The position numbers and the translations under genes are program-made. The notes beneath the pieces were generated by a model, which had not been told where the DNA came from, ran no database searches, and saw nothing but the letters and a program-made list of their open reading frames with translations. DNA of 39,382 nt, taken from positions 1 through 39,382 of the forward strand of contig BTUM01000073.1 in NCBI GenBank assembly GCA_045863235.1. The letters are read 5' to 3'. Source of the stretch: Candidatus Xenobia bacterium (GTDB taxonomy: Bacteria > Vulcanimicrobiota > Xenobia > Xenobiales > QWHO01). Below are positions 11,174 to 22,141 of this stretch, in pieces (position 1 is the first letter of the stretch; every line of letters starts with the position of its first letter).

Positions 11174-11998
11174 ATGTCGACCCGCAAGTTCAAGCCGACC
11201 AGTCCAGGCCGCCGCCATATGAGCGTCAGTGGTTTCGAGGAGATCACTGCCAGCAAGCCGGAAGCCTCACTCTGCGAGCCGCTGCGTCAGACCGGTGGCC
11301 GCAACGCCCAGGGGCGCGTTACGGCGCGCCATCGCGGAGGCCGGCACAAGCGGCTTTATCGCATCATCGACTGGAAGCGCAACAAGGACGGAATCCCCGC
11401 CCGCGTCGCCACCATCGAGTATGACCCCAACCGTTCGGCTCGCATCGCGCTGCTGCACTACCTCGATGGTGAGAAGCGCTACATCCTGGCCGTGCACGGT
11501 CTGGCAGTCAATGATCGCGTGGTCTCGGGCGAGGATGCAGACATCAAGCCGGGCAACGCCCTGCCGATGCGCCGGATGCCTGTCGGCACGGTCATCCACA
11601 ATGTGGAGCTTTACCCGGGCCGTGGGGCTCAGATGATTCGCTCAGCCGGCGCCTCGGGCCAGCTGATGGCCAAGGAAGGGGCTCTGGTGCTGGTGCGTCT
11701 GCCTTCGGGCGAGATGCGCTACGTCTCCCAGGACTGCCGGGCAACGGTGGGCCAGGTCGGCAATCTCGAGCACGAGAACGTCGACATTGGCAAGGCCGGT
11801 CGCTCGCGCTGGCTGGGCAAGCGTCCGCAGACCCGCGGCATCGCCATGAATCCCTGCGACCACCCGCACGGTGGCGGCGAGGCTCGCTCGACTCCGGGTC
11901 GGCCGAGCACCACTCCGTGGGGCAAGCCGGCGCTGGGTCTGAAGACTCGCAAGAGCAAGCCGGGCGACAAGATGATTGTTCGCCGGCGGAAGAAATAG
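11174..11998 (+). CDS. rplB: 50S ribosomal protein L2
   Basis: [27 protein letters not shown] 11174 after aaggag. Confidence 0.98.
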   Translation: MSTRKFKPTSPGRRHMSVSGFEEITASKPEASLCEPLRQTGGRNAQGRVTARHRGGRHKRLYRIIDWKRNKDGIPARVATIEYDPNRSARIALLHYLDGEKRYILAVHGLAVNDRVVSGEDADIKPGNALPMRRMPVGTVIHNVELYPGRGAQMIRSAGASGQLMAKEGALVLVRLPSGEMRYVSQDCRATVGQVGNLEHENVDIGKAGRSRWLGKRPQTRGIAMNPCDHPHGGGEARSTPGRPSTTPWGKPALGLKTRKSKPGDKMIVRRRKK

Positions 11999-12055
11999 CT
12001 GGCCAAGCGCTCAGCGCCCGGCTAGTTTCGAGAGTTATCGGTAGGAGGAAATCCA

Positions 12056-12346
12056 GTGTCCAGATCGGTCAAGAAGGGTCCCTACGTGGACCTGAACGTC
12101 GCCAAGAAGATCGACGCTCTCAACCAGAAGAATGAGAAGAAGGTCGTCAAGACGTGGGCGCGCGCCAGCACGGTGACTCCCGACATGGTGGGTCACACCA
12201 TCGCGGTGCACGACGGTCGCAAGCACGTGCCGATCTACGTCTCGGAGCAGATGGTGGGGCACAAGCTCGGTGAGTTCGCTCCCACCCGCACCTATCGCGG
12301 TCACTCGGGCGGCAAGGCCGAGAAGAAGAGCAAGCCCAAGAAGTAA
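12056..12346 (+). CDS. rpsS: 30S ribosomal protein S19
   Basis: [23 protein letters not shown]. Confidence 0.98.
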   Translation: MSRSVKKGPYVDLNVAKKIDALNQKNEKKVVKTWARASTVTPDMVGHTIAVHDGRKHVPIYVSEQMVGHKLGEFAPTRTYRGHSGGKAEKKSKPKK

Positions 12347-12381
12347 GCGCAAACGAGCGCAGGAGAACATTCGGAGGAACC

Positions 12382-12882
12382 ATGGCCAGCAAGGACCAGC
12401 CTGAAAAGGGCTCCAAGCCTGAAAAGAAACCAGCAGCGGCAAAGAAATCCGCTGCGGCTGCCAAGAAGGAAGGTGGCGAGAAGCCCCCTGCCAAGAAGGC
12501 GCCTGCCACCAAGCCGGACAAGGCCGTCAAGGTCAAGCCCGACGCTCGGGCGATCGCCAAGTATGTTCGCACGGCTCCGCGCAAGATGCGACTGGTGGTC
12601 GACGCCATCCGTGGCCGCTCGGTTGAGGACGCCCGCAACATCTTGAACTTCACTCCCAAGCGGGCAGCCCGTACGCTGGTCAAAGTGCTCAACTCGGCCG
12701 TCGCCAACGCCGAGAATAATCACGAGCTCGACCCGGACCGCCTCTTCGTGTGGCGCGCCTTCGTCGACCAGGGTCCGGCCGTCAAGCGTTTCATCCCGCG
12801 CGCTCGTGGTCGCGCATCGGGCGTCAAGAAATACACCAGCCACGTGACCATCGAGCTCAAAGTGCGTGAGGAGGGTCGGTAA
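12382..12882 (+). CDS. rplV: 50S ribosomal protein L22 with Lys/Ala/Pro-rich N-terminal extension
   Basis: [30 protein letters not shown]; ggagg SD before 12382. Confidence 0.96.
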   Translation: MASKDQPEKGSKPEKKPAAAKKSAAAAKKEGGEKPPAKKAPATKPDKAVKVKPDARAIAKYVRTAPRKMRLVVDAIRGRSVEDARNILNFTPKRAARTLVKVLNSAVANAENNHELDPDRLFVWRAFVDQGPAVKRFIPRARGRASGVKKYTSHVTIELKVREEGR

Positions 12883-12887
12883 AGGTT

Positions 12888-13550
12888 ATGGGTCAGAAGA
12901 TTCACCCCATCGGGTTCCGCATCGGCGTCATCAAGGGTTGGGACTCTCGCTGGTTCCAGCAGAAGAACTACGCCGAGTGGCTCCACGAAGACTACTTGAT
13001 CCGGCGCCATCTCAAAAAGACGCTGCGTCACGCCGGCCTGAGCAAGATCGAGATCGAGCGCGCCAACAAGGTGCACGTGATCTTGAGCACCGCCAAGCCG
13101 GGTCTGGTGATCGGCAAGCGCGGCGCGGGCATCGAAGAGCTGCGCCGTGGTCTGGAGAAGCTGACCGGCAAGCCGATCAAGATCTCGGTGTCAGAGATCA
13201 AGCAGCCCGAGCTCGATGCCCACCTCGTTGGCGAGAACATCGCCGAGTCGCTGGAGAAGCGCGTCAGCTTCCGGCGGGCCATGAAGCAGGCCGTGCTGCG
13301 CAGCATCAAGGCCGGCGCCAAGGGCGTCAAAGTTCAGATCTCAGGGCGCCTGGGCGGAGCGGAAATCGCCCGCACCGAGCGTACCTTCCAGGGTAAGGTT
13401 CCGCTGCACACGCTGCGGGCCGACATCGACTATGCCATCACCGAAGCCAAGACGACCTATGGTCGGATCGGCGTGAAGGTGTGGATCTACCGCGGCGAGA
13501 TCCTGCCGCAGCGCGCCGAGCCGGCTCCGGTTCAGGCTGAGGCGCTCTAA
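12888..13550 (+). CDS. rpsC: 30S ribosomal protein S3
   Basis: [32 protein letters not shown]. Confidence 0.98.
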   Translation: MGQKIHPIGFRIGVIKGWDSRWFQQKNYAEWLHEDYLIRRHLKKTLRHAGLSKIEIERANKVHVILSTAKPGLVIGKRGAGIEELRRGLEKLTGKPIKISVSEIKQPELDAHLVGENIAESLEKRVSFRRAMKQAVLRSIKAGAKGVKVQISGRLGGAEIARTERTFQGKVPLHTLRADIDYAITEAKTTYGRIGVKVWIYRGEILPQRAEPAPVQAEAL

Positions 13551-13571
13551 GGTTTTGGAGGAAGACGAGCA

Positions 13572-14003
13572 ATGCTGGCTCCCAAACGAGTAAAATTCCG
13601 CAAAGTTCAGCGCGGACGCATGAAAGGCAAAGCGCACCGGGGCAACAAGGTGCACTTCGGCGACTTCGCGCTGCAGGCCACCGAGCCGTGCTGGGTGACC
13701 GACCGCCAGATTGAGGCCGCTCGTGTGGCGATGACTCGCCACATCAAGCGCGGTGGTAAGGTGTGGATCCGCATCTTCCCCGACAAGTCGGTCACGAAGA
13801 AGCCGGCCGAGACCCGTATGGGATCCGGCAAGGGCTCGCCCGAGTTCTGGGTGGCCGTGATCAAGCCTGGCCGCATCCTCTTCGAGGTGGCCGGGGTCCC
13901 TGAAGAACTGGCCCGAGAGGCCATGCGCCTGGCGGCTTTCAAGCTGCCGATGCGCACCCGATTCCTCGTACGCGAGTCGCTGGGTGGAGACCATGAAGAG
14001 TAG
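13572..14003 (+). CDS. rplP: 50S ribosomal protein L16
   Basis: [17 protein letters not shown]. Confidence 0.98.
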   Translation: MLAPKRVKFRKVQRGRMKGKAHRGNKVHFGDFALQATEPCWVTDRQIEAARVAMTRHIKRGGKVWIRIFPDKSVTKKPAETRMGSGKGSPEFWVAVIKPGRILFEVAGVPEELAREAMRLAAFKLPMRTRFLVRESLGGDHEE

Positions 14004-14205
14004 TATCAAGAAACTGCATGAATCGTCGCTGGCCGAGCTGACCAACGACCTCAAGGGCGCTCAGGAAGAGCTGTTCAATCTGCGCTTCCAGATCGCGACC
14101 CAGCGCTTGACCGACAACTCGCAGATCAAGAAGACCCGCAAGAAGATCGCGCAGTTGCACACGGTCATCCGCCAAAAAGAACTCACCGGAAAGAAGGAGG
14201 GCTAA
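13993..14205 (+). CDS. rpmC: 50S ribosomal protein L29
   Basis: [17 protein letters not shown]; canonical position. Confidence 0.95.
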   Translation: MKSSIKKLHESSLAELTNDLKGAQEELFNLRFQIATQRLTDNSQIKKTRKKIAQLHTVIRQKELTGKKEG

Positions 14206-14208
14206 GCG

Positions 14209-14475
14209 ATGGCTGAGGCTCAAACCCGAACCCGCCGCAAAGTCCGAACCGGAACGGTGGTGTCCAACAAAATGGAGAAGACGGTTGTGGTGGCGGTCAC
14301 CCGCCAGTTCCCGCATCCGCTTTACAAGAAGATCATCAAGCGTACCGTCAGGCTGAAGGCCCATGACGAGAGCAACTCCTGCGAGCCGGGCGACCGTGTG
14401 AAGATCATGGAAACCCGTCCCATGTCCAAGGAGAAGCGCTGGCGCGTGGTCACCATCCTGGAGAAGGCAAGGTAA
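14209..14475 (+). CDS. rpsQ: 30S ribosomal protein S17
   Basis: [22 protein letters not shown]. Confidence 0.98.
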   Translation: MAEAQTRTRRKVRTGTVVSNKMEKTVVVAVTRQFPHPLYKKIIKRTVRLKAHDESNSCEPGDRVKIMETRPMSKEKRWRVVTILEKAR

Positions 14476-14482
14476 GGAAGCT

Positions 14483-14851
14483 ATGGTTCAGCAGCAAAGC
14501 CGACTCAGGGTCGCCGACAACTCGGGTGCGCGTGAGGTCATGTGCATTCGAGTCATGGGCGGCTCTACCCGCAAGTATGCCGGCGTGGGCGACATCATCG
14601 TGGCCTCCGTCAAGCAAGCCACTCCCGGCGCCGCCGTCAAAAAGGGCGACGTGGTCAAGTGTGTGGTGGTTCGCACCAAGAAGCCGATCCGTCGTCCTGA
14701 CGGATCCTACATCCGCTTCGATGAGAACGCCGCGGTCATCATCCGTGACGACCTCAATCCCCGCGGAACCCGAATCTTCGGTCCGGTGGCGCGTGAACTG
14801 CGCGACCGCGACTTCATGAAGATCGTATCTTTGGCCCCTGAGGTGCTGTGA
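14483..14851 (+). CDS. rplN: 50S ribosomal protein L14
   Basis: [24 protein letters not shown]. Confidence 0.98.
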   Translation: MVQQQSRLRVADNSGAREVMCIRVMGGSTRKYAGVGDIIVASVKQATPGAAVKKGDVVKCVVVRTKKPIRRPDGSYIRFDENAAVIIRDDLNPRGTRIFGPVARELRDRDFMKIVSLAPEVL

Positions 14852-14852
14852 A

Positions 14853-15170
14853 ATGCACGTGAAGAAAGATGATACAGTGCTGGTCCTGAGCGGCCCCTAC
14901 GCGGGCAAGAAGGGCAAAGTCATCAAGGTCGACCCGGAGAAGAGCAAGGTGACCGTGGACGGGGTCAATCTCGTCAAGCGGCACACCAAGCCCCGTCCGC
15001 CGGCCCAACAGGGGGGCATCGTGGAGAAGGCCATGCCGATCCACGCCAGCAACGTGATGCTGGTCTGCCCCAAGTGCAGCAAGCCTTCGCGCACGGGCAA
15101 CAAGCGCGTGGTCGAGGGCGACAAGAAGAAAGTTTTCCGCGTCTGCAAGAAGTGCAACGCCGACTTCTAA
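14853..15170 (+). CDS. rplX: 50S ribosomal protein L24
   Basis: KOW-like [21 protein letters not shown]...CKKC. Confidence 0.97.
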   Translation: MHVKKDDTVLVLSGPYAGKKGKVIKVDPEKSKVTVDGVNLVKRHTKPRPPAQQGGIVEKAMPIHASNVMLVCPKCSKPSRTGNKRVVEGDKKKVFRVCKKCNADF

Positions 15171-15199
15171 CGCAATCCACGGAATAAGGGAACAAGACG

Positions 15200-15844
15200 A
15201 TGGCTGAGACGAAAGAGAAGAAGGCCGCCAAGGGTGATGGTGGCGGCAAGGAAAAAGGTGGTAAGAAGGGTGGCATGTCCGATGGCAAGCTCGAGAAGAT
15301 CGAGCTGCGCCTGAAGAACAAGTACCACAAAGAGGTTGCTCCTGCGATGAAGGAGCGCTTCAAGTACTCCAACGTCATGATGATCCCCCGCCTGGAGAAG
15401 GTGGTGGTCAACATGGGGCTGGGCGAAGCCATCGCCAATCCGAAGATCCTCGACAACGCGGTGGGCGACATGGTCGCCATCACGGGCCAGAAGCCAGTGG
15501 TGACCAAGTCCAAGAAGGCCATCAGCAACTTCAAGTTGCGTGCCGGGGTCAAGATCGGTGCGAAGGTCACCCTGCGGGGGCCCAAGATGTGGGCCTTCTT
15601 GGACAAGCTTTTCAACCTGGTGTTGCCCCGTATCCGCGATTTCCGCGGCCTGTCCGCCAAGTCGTTTGATGGGCGTGGCAACTACTCGTTCGGGCTCAAG
15701 GAGCAGATCATCTTCCCCGAGATCGACTACGACAAGGTTGATCGCGTTCGCGGGATGGACATCTGCATCGTGACCACCGCCAAAACCGATGAGGAAGGGT
15801 CCGAGTTTCTCCGGCTACTCGGTTGCCCTCTCCGCAAGCAGTAA
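15200..15844 (+). CDS. rplE: 50S ribosomal protein L5 with Lys/Gly-rich N-terminal extension
   Basis: [28 protein letters not shown]. Confidence 0.97.
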   Translation: MAETKEKKAAKGDGGGKEKGGKKGGMSDGKLEKIELRLKNKYHKEVAPAMKERFKYSNVMMIPRLEKVVVNMGLGEAIANPKILDNAVGDMVAITGQKPVVTKSKKAISNFKLRAGVKIGAKVTLRGPKMWAFLDKLFNLVLPRIRDFRGLSAKSFDGRGNYSFGLKEQIIFPEIDYDKVDRVRGMDICIVTTAKTDEEGSEFLRLLGCPLRKQ

Positions 15845-15861
15845 AAGGAGCGTTCGATCCT

Positions 15862-16050
15862 ATGGCCACCACGGCGCAAGAAGTTAAGACCCGCGAGAAG
15901 CGGGTGAAATACAAGGTTCGCCTGCGCAACCGCTGCTCGGTCTGCGGGCGGCCGCGAGCCTATCTGCGGAAGTTCGGCCTGTGCCGCATCTGCTTCCGCT
16001 CCATGGCGCACCGGGGCGAGATCCCGGGTGTGCGCAAGTCCAGCTGGTAG
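15862..16050 (+). CDS. rpsN: 30S ribosomal protein S14, zinc-binding short form (type Z)
   Basis: RCSVCGRPR...LCRICFR...[11 protein letters not shown] 15862 after aaggag. Confidence 0.97.
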   Translation: MATTAQEVKTREKRVKYKVRLRNRCSVCGRPRAYLRKFGLCRICFRSMAHRGEIPGVRKSSW

Positions 16051-16080
16051 ATCCCGCGTCAACAGGTTTGGAGGAAGTTT

Positions 16081-16479
16081 ATGCCGACCACCGATCCCAT
16101 CGCCGACATGCTCACCCGGGTGCGCAACGCCAACAAGGCGCTGCACGACCAGGTGGACGTTCCGGCTTCCAAGGTTAAAGAACAGCTTGCCAAGCTCCTC
16201 AAGAAAGAGGGCTATATCAAGGACTACCAGATGATCCAGACGGGCGTCCAGGGCACGCTGCGCATCACCATGAAGTACACCCATGATCGCCAGCGCATCA
16301 TCACCGGCCTCAAGCGCGTGAGCAAGCCCGGCCTGCGGGTTTACGTTGGTAAGGACGAGATTCCGCGTATCTTCGGTGGGCTGGGCACGGTCGTCGTGTC
16401 GACCCCCAAAGGAATTCTGACCGGTCGCAACGCCCAGAAGATGGGCGTGGGCGGCGAGCTGATGGCCTACGTCTGGTAA
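16081..16479 (+). CDS. rpsH: 30S ribosomal protein S8
   Basis: DPIADMLTRVRNA, SKPGLRVY. Confidence 0.98.
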   Translation: MPTTDPIADMLTRVRNANKALHDQVDVPASKVKEQLAKLLKKEGYIKDYQMIQTGVQGTLRITMKYTHDRQRIITGLKRVSKPGLRVYVGKDEIPRIFGGLGTVVVSTPKGILTGRNAQKMGVGGELMAYVW

Positions 16480-16505
16480 GACGAAGGTCAACTGAGGAGG
16501 ACAAG

Positions 16506-17069
16506 ATGTCACGCATTGGTCGCCTGCCCATCAAGCTCCCGCAGGGAGTGGAGATCGTCGTCAACAACGACGTTGTCAAGGTCAAGGGCAAGAAGGGTGA
16601 GCTCACCCAGAAATATGATCCGGCCGCGGTGGAGCTGGTCCAGGAAGGCGGAACGCTGCAGGTGCGCCGCCGGAATGACCAGCGCAACAGCCGCTCACAG
16701 CACGGGTTGACGCGCACCCTCATTCAGAATATGGTCACCGGGGTCAGCGAAGGCTTTACCCGGTCGCTCGAGATCGTGGGGGTCGGTTATCGCGCCCAGA
16801 TGCAGGGACACACGCTGCAACTGGCCATGGGCTATTCGCACCCCGTCAACATCGAGCCGATCGACGGAATTCAGTTCGAGGTCGAAGTGGACGCTCGCGC
16901 CAAGATCAACAAGATCCACGTGCGCGGGATCGATCGCCAGAAGGTGGGCCAGGTGGCCGCCAATCTGCGCAACGTGCGGCCGCCCGAGCCTTATAAGGGC
17001 AAGGGCATTCGCTATGTGGGCGAAGTGCTGCTGCGCAAGATGGGCAAGGCCGGCAAGGCCGGGAAGTAA
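16506..17069 (+). CDS. rplF: 50S ribosomal protein L6
   Basis: MSRIGRLPI, PEPYKGKGIRY. Confidence 0.98.
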   Translation: MSRIGRLPIKLPQGVEIVVNNDVVKVKGKKGELTQKYDPAAVELVQEGGTLQVRRRNDQRNSRSQHGLTRTLIQNMVTGVSEGFTRSLEIVGVGYRAQMQGHTLQLAMGYSHPVNIEPIDGIQFEVEVDARAKINKIHVRGIDRQKVGQVAANLRNVRPPEPYKGKGIRYVGEVLLRKMGKAGKAGK

Positions 17070-17078
17070 GGAGTCGTC

Positions 17079-17441
17079 ATGATTATTAAGCCATCTCGCA
17101 ACAGTCGTCGCGGTTTTCGCCACGAGCGCGTGCGCGACACCGTGGTGGGCACGGCCGAGCGGCCGCGCCTGGCTATTTTTCGTAGCCTCAAGCACGTCTA
17201 TGCCCAGGTGATCGATGACGAGAACGGCACCACACTGGTGGCTGCCAGCACTCTCGAAGAGTCGCTCAAGGGTCAGAAAGGCTCGCTCAAGGAGCGGGCC
17301 CGCAAGGTGGGCGAGCTGGTGGCTCAGAAGGCCGCCGAAAAGGGCATCCAGGTGGTCGTTTTCGACCGCGCGGGCTACAAGTATCACGGGCGCGTGGCTG
17401 CGCTGGCCGAAGGGGCCCGTGAAAAGGGACTCATTTTCTAG
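17079..17441 (+). CDS. rplR: 50S ribosomal protein L18
   Basis: [21 protein letters not shown]. Confidence 0.98.
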   Translation: MIIKPSRNSRRGFRHERVRDTVVGTAERPRLAIFRSLKHVYAQVIDDENGTTLVAASTLEESLKGQKGSLKERARKVGELVAQKAAEKGIQVVVFDRAGYKYHGRVAALAEGAREKGLIF

Positions 17442-17485
17442 GGAGAACTGCAAGCAGCCAGCTTGCACACAGAACAGGAGTAGTC

Positions 17486-18043
17486 ATGAGGAAACGCATC
17501 GACCCGAGCGGTCTGGAACTGAAAGAGCACGTCGTCAAAGTCAATCGCGTGTCCAAGGTGGTGAAGGGCGGCAAGCGCTTCAGCTTCTCGGCCATGGTCG
17601 TGGTGGGCGACGGCAACGGCGTCGTTGGCTGCGGACTGGGCAAGGCGACCGAGGTTCCCGAAGCCATCCGCAAGGGTGCCGAGGAAGCCAAAAAGGCGCT
17701 GGTGCAGGTTCCCCTGGCTGGCACGACCATCCCCCACCTGATGATGTCCGATTTCGGCTCGGTCAGGGTGATGCTCAAGCCGGCCGCGCCCGGAACCGGT
17801 GTGATCGCCGGGGGCGCCGTGCGCGCCGTGGTCGAGCTGGCCGGTATTCGCGACATCCTGACCAAGTCGCTCGGCTCGGACAACTCCATCAACATCGTCT
17901 ACGCGACCATGAAAGGCCTGCGCGAGCTGATGAACGCTGAAGAGATCGCTGCCCGCCGCAACAAGTCGGTGGAAGAGCTCGTCGGCAAGAAGCTGGCGGC
18001 CGTCTTGACCGGCCGTGGCACGGGCATCTCCGAGGAGGCATAA
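17486..18043 (+). CDS. rpsE: 30S ribosomal protein S5
   Basis: [23 protein letters not shown]. Confidence 0.98.
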   Translation: MRKRIDPSGLELKEHVVKVNRVSKVVKGGKRFSFSAMVVVGDGNGVVGCGLGKATEVPEAIRKGAEEAKKALVQVPLAGTTIPHLMMSDFGSVRVMLKPAAPGTGVIAGGAVRAVVELAGIRDILTKSLGSDNSINIVYATMKGLRELMNAEEIAARRNKSVEELVGKKLAAVLTGRGTGISEEA

Positions 18044-18047
18044 ACCA

Positions 18048-18488
18048 ATGCGTGGTAATGATATCAAACCAGCCCAGGGCGCTCGCCATCGCCGCCGCCG
18101 CGTAGGCCGGGGCATGACTGACGGCACTTTCTGCGGCCGCGGAATGAACGGCCAGGGTGCTCGCTCGGGCGGAGGCAAAGGTCCGGGATTCGAAGGCGGC
18201 CAGACCCCGTGGTATCGGCGTCTGCCCAAGTATCGCGGCTTCAAGAACCCGTTCCGCACCGAGTTCCAGGTGGTCAACCTGGTCGACCTGGAAGCTCGCT
18301 TCGAGGACGGTGCCACGGTTGACGCCCAGGCTCTGAAAGAACGACGTCTGGTCTCGGACCTCAAAGCGCCGGTGAAGGTGCTTGGCACCGGTGAGCTCAA
18401 GAAGAAGCTTACCGTGACCGTGGATGCGGTCAGCGCGGGTGCCCGTGAGGCCATCGAGGCTGCGGGAGGAAAGGTCGAGGTGATCTAG
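18048..18488 (+). CDS. rplO: 50S ribosomal protein L15
   Basis: GFEGGQTPWYRRLPK, IEAAGGKV; ATG 18048 after gaggagg. Confidence 0.97.
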   Translation: MRGNDIKPAQGARHRRRRVGRGMTDGTFCGRGMNGQGARSGGGKGPGFEGGQTPWYRRLPKYRGFKNPFRTEFQVVNLVDLEARFEDGATVDAQALKERRLVSDLKAPVKVLGTGELKKKLTVTVDAVSAGAREAIEAAGGKVEVI

Positions 18489-18489
18489 G

Positions 18490-19815
18490 GTGTCGCAACA
18501 ACAGGCCTCGCTTGCCGAGGCGATGCAGGTCGGTGACCTGCGTAAGCGCATCGGCTTCGTGTTCTTGGGCATGGCGATCTTCGTCCTCACCGTCCACGTC
18601 GGCATCCCGGGAATCAACCTGACGGTCTGGAAATCGCTCCTCTCCCAGGGGGCGCTTTTTCAGTTTCTGGGCATGTTCACGGGTGGTGCCCTGTTCAACT
18701 TCTCCATCGGGGCGATGGGCATCACGCCCTACATCAACGCCTCGATTATCATGCAGCTATTGACCGTGGTTGTGCCACAGCTCAAGGACATGCAGAAGGA
18801 AGGGGGCGAGCTGGGTCGGCGCAAGATCGCCTGGTACACTCGCTGCCTGACCATGACGCTGGCCTTCCTGCAAGCCACCATGATGGTGCTCTCCCTGCGC
18901 AGCTATCGCGGTGCGACTGGTGAGGGCGTGTTCATGATCAACAACGTCTTCTATTACGCCATGGTGATCTTTACCCTGATGGCGGGGACTGCGTTCTTGA
19001 TGTGGCTGGGCGAGCAGATGAGCGACAAGGGGATCGGCAACGGCGTTTCCCTGCTGATTTTCGGCGGCATCTCGCTGTCATTCCCGCAGTACTTCCAGCA
19101 GACGATGCAGCTTGCCAACGTCCGCGGGCCGCAGTTCTGGGTGGCCCTGGGCGTGTTCCTGGCCATCTTCGTGCTGCTCATTATGGCCATCATCTACGTG
19201 ACCATCGGTCAGCGCAAAGTACCGGTGCAATATCCCAAGCGGCAGGTCGGACGGAGAGTCTATGGAGGCCACTCCACCTTCATTCCGATCCGCGTGAACA
19301 ACGCTGGCGTGATCTCGATCATCTTCGCCATCTCGATTATGTACCTGCCCAACACGCTGCTCACGTTCCTTCCCAAGGATGCGACCTGGCTGGTGCCGAT
19401 TCAGACGTTCTATGAGCGCTGGTTCATCCCCACGGGTGTTCTCTACAACCTTTGCTACGCTGGATTGGTGATCTTCTTCACCTACTTTTATTCGGCCATC
19501 ACCCTGAATGTTCAGGACCTGGCCGACAACCTGCGCAAGCACGGGGGATTCATCCCTGGAATTCGCCCGGGCAAGCCTACGGTGGACTACCTCGAGCGCC
19601 TGCTCTCTCGCATCACCCTCGTTTCTGCCCTGTTCCTTGCTTTCATCGCGGTCTTTCCGACCTTCTTGATGCAGGCTACCGGGGTCACCAACTTCTATCT
19701 GGGGTCTACTTCGATGCTGATCATCGTGGGCGTAGCTCTGGATACGATGCAGCAGATTCAGGCTCGGCTCGTCATGCGACAGTACCAGGGCTTCATGAAA
19801 CAGCAGGGGAGCTGA
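18490..19815 (+). CDS. secY: Preprotein translocase SecY
   Basis: MGITPYINASII, GIGNGVSL, FIPGIRPG. Confidence 0.98.
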   Translation: MSQQQASLAEAMQVGDLRKRIGFVFLGMAIFVLTVHVGIPGINLTVWKSLLSQGALFQFLGMFTGGALFNFSIGAMGITPYINASIIMQLLTVVVPQLKDMQKEGGELGRRKIAWYTRCLTMTLAFLQATMMVLSLRSYRGATGEGVFMINNVFYYAMVIFTLMAGTAFLMWLGEQMSDKGIGNGVSLLIFGGISLSFPQYFQQTMQLANVRGPQFWVALGVFLAIFVLLIMAIIYVTIGQRKVPVQYPKRQVGRRVYGGHSTFIPIRVNNAGVISIIFAISIMYLPNTLLTFLPKDATWLVPIQTFYERWFIPTGVLYNLCYAGLVIFFTYFYSAITLNVQDLADNLRKHGGFIPGIRPGKPTVDYLERLLSRITLVSALFLAFIAVFPTFLMQATGVTNFYLGSTSMLIIVGVALDTMQQIQARLVMRQYQGFMKQQGS

Positions 19816-19819
19816 GTTC

Positions 19820-20476
19820 GTGAGACTGGTACTGCTTGGCCCTCCCGGGGCCGGTAAAGGCACCCAGGCGAGCATCATCGCACAGCGCTACGAGGTCTCC
19901 CACATCTCCACCGGCGACATGCTTCGCGAGCAGGTCAAGAAGAAGACCAAACTGGGCCAGGAGGCGGCATCCTTCATGAATGCCGGCAAGCTGGTACCTG
20001 ATAAGGTCATTCTGGACATGGTCAAGAACCGGCTCAAGCGCAAGGATTGCGAGAAGGGGTTCCTGTTCGACGGGTTCCCCCGCACCGTGCCCCAGGCCGA
20101 GGCCTTGAACGCGATGCTGGTCAAAGCCGGCAAGCCGCTGGATGCCGTGATTTTGTTCGATGTGAAGGATGACTTTCTGGTCAACCGGCTCACGATGCGC
20201 CGCAACTGTCCCGAGTGTGGAAGCATCTACCACATGGAGAGCAAGCCTGGCCGCGTGCCCGGCTTTTGCGACAACGACGGTGCCGCTCTCGTGCAACGCG
20301 AGGATGACAACGAGAAGGTGGTGCGCCAGCGTCTTCAGGTCTATCACGAGCAGACCGCTCCACTGGTGGAGTTCTATCGCAAGACAGGCCAGTTGTGGGA
20401 AGTGGACGCAAGCCAGGAGGTCGCACGCATCTCTCTGACGGTGGATCGCTTTTTGGAGAAGAAGAGGAAGAAGTGA
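19820..20476 (+). CDS. adk: Adenylate kinase
   Basis: GPPGAGKGT, DGFPRT, Cys-containing LID (CPEC...CDND). Confidence 0.98.
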   Translation: MRLVLLGPPGAGKGTQASIIAQRYEVSHISTGDMLREQVKKKTKLGQEAASFMNAGKLVPDKVILDMVKNRLKRKDCEKGFLFDGFPRTVPQAEALNAMLVKAGKPLDAVILFDVKDDFLVNRLTMRRNCPECGSIYHMESKPGRVPGFCDNDGAALVQREDDNEKVVRQRLQVYHEQTAPLVEFYRKTGQLWEVDASQEVARISLTVDRFLEKKRKK

Positions 20477-21222
20477 TCAACCTCAAGTCCGAGCGCGAGA
20501 TCGGCATCATTCGCGAGGCCGGCGAGATCCTTCACGGAGTTTTGAAACTGGTCGAGGATGCCTGCAAGGAAAAGGTTCGCACCCGGGACCTGGATGCGAT
20601 GGCCGAGCAGTTCATCGTTTCGCGCGGGGCAACTCCGGCCTTTAAAGGCTACAAAGGCTTCCCCGCCAGCCTGTGCATCTCGATCAACGAAGAGGTCGTG
20701 CACGGCATTCCCGGGCCCCGCCGCATCAAGAGCGGCGACATCGTCAGCGTGGATTGCGGCGTACGCTACAAAGGTTACATCGCCGATTCGGCTCTCACCA
20801 TCCCGGTGGGGGACATCTCGGCGGATGTGCAAAAGCTGTTGAAGGTGACCGAGGAGGCTCTCTACCTCGGCATCGACAAAGCCCGTCCGGGCAACTTCGT
20901 GCGCGATATCTCTCAGGCTGTCCAGACCCACGTCGAGAAGCACGGCTTCTCGGTCGTGCGCGAACTGGTGGGCCACGGGGTCGGTCGCGAGATGCATGAG
21001 GAGCCCCAGGTGCCCAACTATGTCACCGATTCCAAAGGCGCCCGGCTGGAGCCGGGGATGGTCATCGCCATCGAGCCGATGGTCAATCTGGGGGTTTACC
21101 ACGTCACGATGCTCTCCGACAAGTGGACCATCGTGACGCTCGACCGTCAACCCTCGGCCCATTTCGAGCACACCATTGCGATTACGGAAAATGGGCCTCA
21201 GATCTTGACGAACGGGCAGTGA
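20473..21222 (+). CDS. map: Methionine aminopeptidase type I
   Basis: SINEEVVHGIP, GHGVG..MHEEP, AIEPM, AHFEHT; GTG overlapping adk stop. Confidence 0.97.
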   Translation: MINLKSEREIGIIREAGEILHGVLKLVEDACKEKVRTRDLDAMAEQFIVSRGATPAFKGYKGFPASLCISINEEVVHGIPGPRRIKSGDIVSVDCGVRYKGYIADSALTIPVGDISADVQKLLKVTEEALYLGIDKARPGNFVRDISQAVQTHVEKHGFSVVRELVGHGVGREMHEEPQVPNYVTDSKGARLEPGMVIAIEPMVNLGVYHVTMLSDKWTIVTLDRQPSAHFEHTIAITENGPQILTNGQ

Positions 21223-21317
21223 AGTCCTATATTACTTCGGTGTGGCTGAACCTGTGTTCGGCGTCGCTCGGCCTTTGTCCTGAGCGGCCCGGGCTCGCCT
21301 CAAGGTTGTAGAACCCT

Positions 21318-21548
21318 GTGGCAGAAGGCAAGGAAGAGATCGACGGCGTCGTAACCGAGTTGCTGCCGAACTCCATCTACCGGGTGAAGCTCGAGAGTGG
21401 TCAGAGTGTGTTAGCGCATCTCGCAAGCGGGACGCGCATGCAGTTGGTGCGGGTTCTGCCCGGCGACCAGGTCACGCTGGAGCTCTCACCCTACGATCCG
21501 GGTCGAGGTCGCATCGTTCGACGAGGCGGCGAGCGCCCTGGAAGGTAG
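21318..21548 (+). CDS. infA: Translation initiation factor IF-1 (divergent)
   Basis: [33 protein letters not shown]; canonical map-infA-rpmJ position. Confidence 0.88.
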   Translation: MAEGKEEIDGVVTELLPNSIYRVKLESGQSVLAHLASGTRMQLVRVLPGDQVTLELSPYDPGRGRIVRRGGERPGR

Positions 21549-21576
21549 CACGGTCAGGGTTGGATCAGGAGGAACA

Positions 21577-21690
21577 ATGCGAGTCAAACCGTCTATCAAG
21601 AGACGCTGTGAAAAGTGCCGCATCATCCTGCGTAAAGGCAGGGTGCGGGTGATCTGCAAAAACCCGAAGCACAAGCAAATTCAAGGCTAA
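21577..21690 (+). CDS. rpmJ: 50S ribosomal protein L36 (zinc-ribbon form); not in the ORF track
   Basis: Manual translation [37 protein letters not shown]; aggagg SD. Confidence 0.97.
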   Translation: MRVKPSIKRRCEKCRIILRKGRVRVICKNPKHKQIQG

Positions 21691-21748
21691 TCTGCTGTCG
21701 CAGCGCGGGCGCGCTGGGTAGCTAGAGGAAGTAACAGGAGGATACATC

Positions 21749-22123
21749 GTGGCTCGAATTGCGGGAGTAGACCTGCCTCGAGACAAAGTGGTCGAGATCG
21801 CCTTGACCTACATCTTCGGAATCGGCCGTGCGCGGGCCCGGGCCATCGTGGCCAAGACCGGCGTCAATCCGCTGACGCGGGTGCGTGCTCTGACCGAGGA
21901 TGAGGTCGGCAAGCTGCGTGACCACATCGAGAAGCATGAGAAGGTCGAGGGCGATCTGCGCCGCGAGATCACTCAGAATATCAAGCGTTTGATCGAAATC
22001 AACTGCTATCGCGGTGTCCGCCATCGTCGTAGCCTCCCGGTTCGCGGTCAGCGCACCAAGACCAATGCCCGGACGCGCAAGGGTCCCAAGCGCACCGTCG
22101 GGCGCAAGAAGTCGAAGGGCTAA
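21749..22123 (+). CDS. rpsM: 30S ribosomal protein S13
   Basis: [27 protein letters not shown]. Confidence 0.98.
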   Translation: MARIAGVDLPRDKVVEIALTYIFGIGRARARAIVAKTGVNPLTRVRALTEDEVGKLRDHIEKHEKVEGDLRREITQNIKRLIEINCYRGVRHRRSLPVRGQRTKTNARTRKGPKRTVGRKKSKG

Positions 22124-22141
22124 GGGCACGAGGAGGATACA

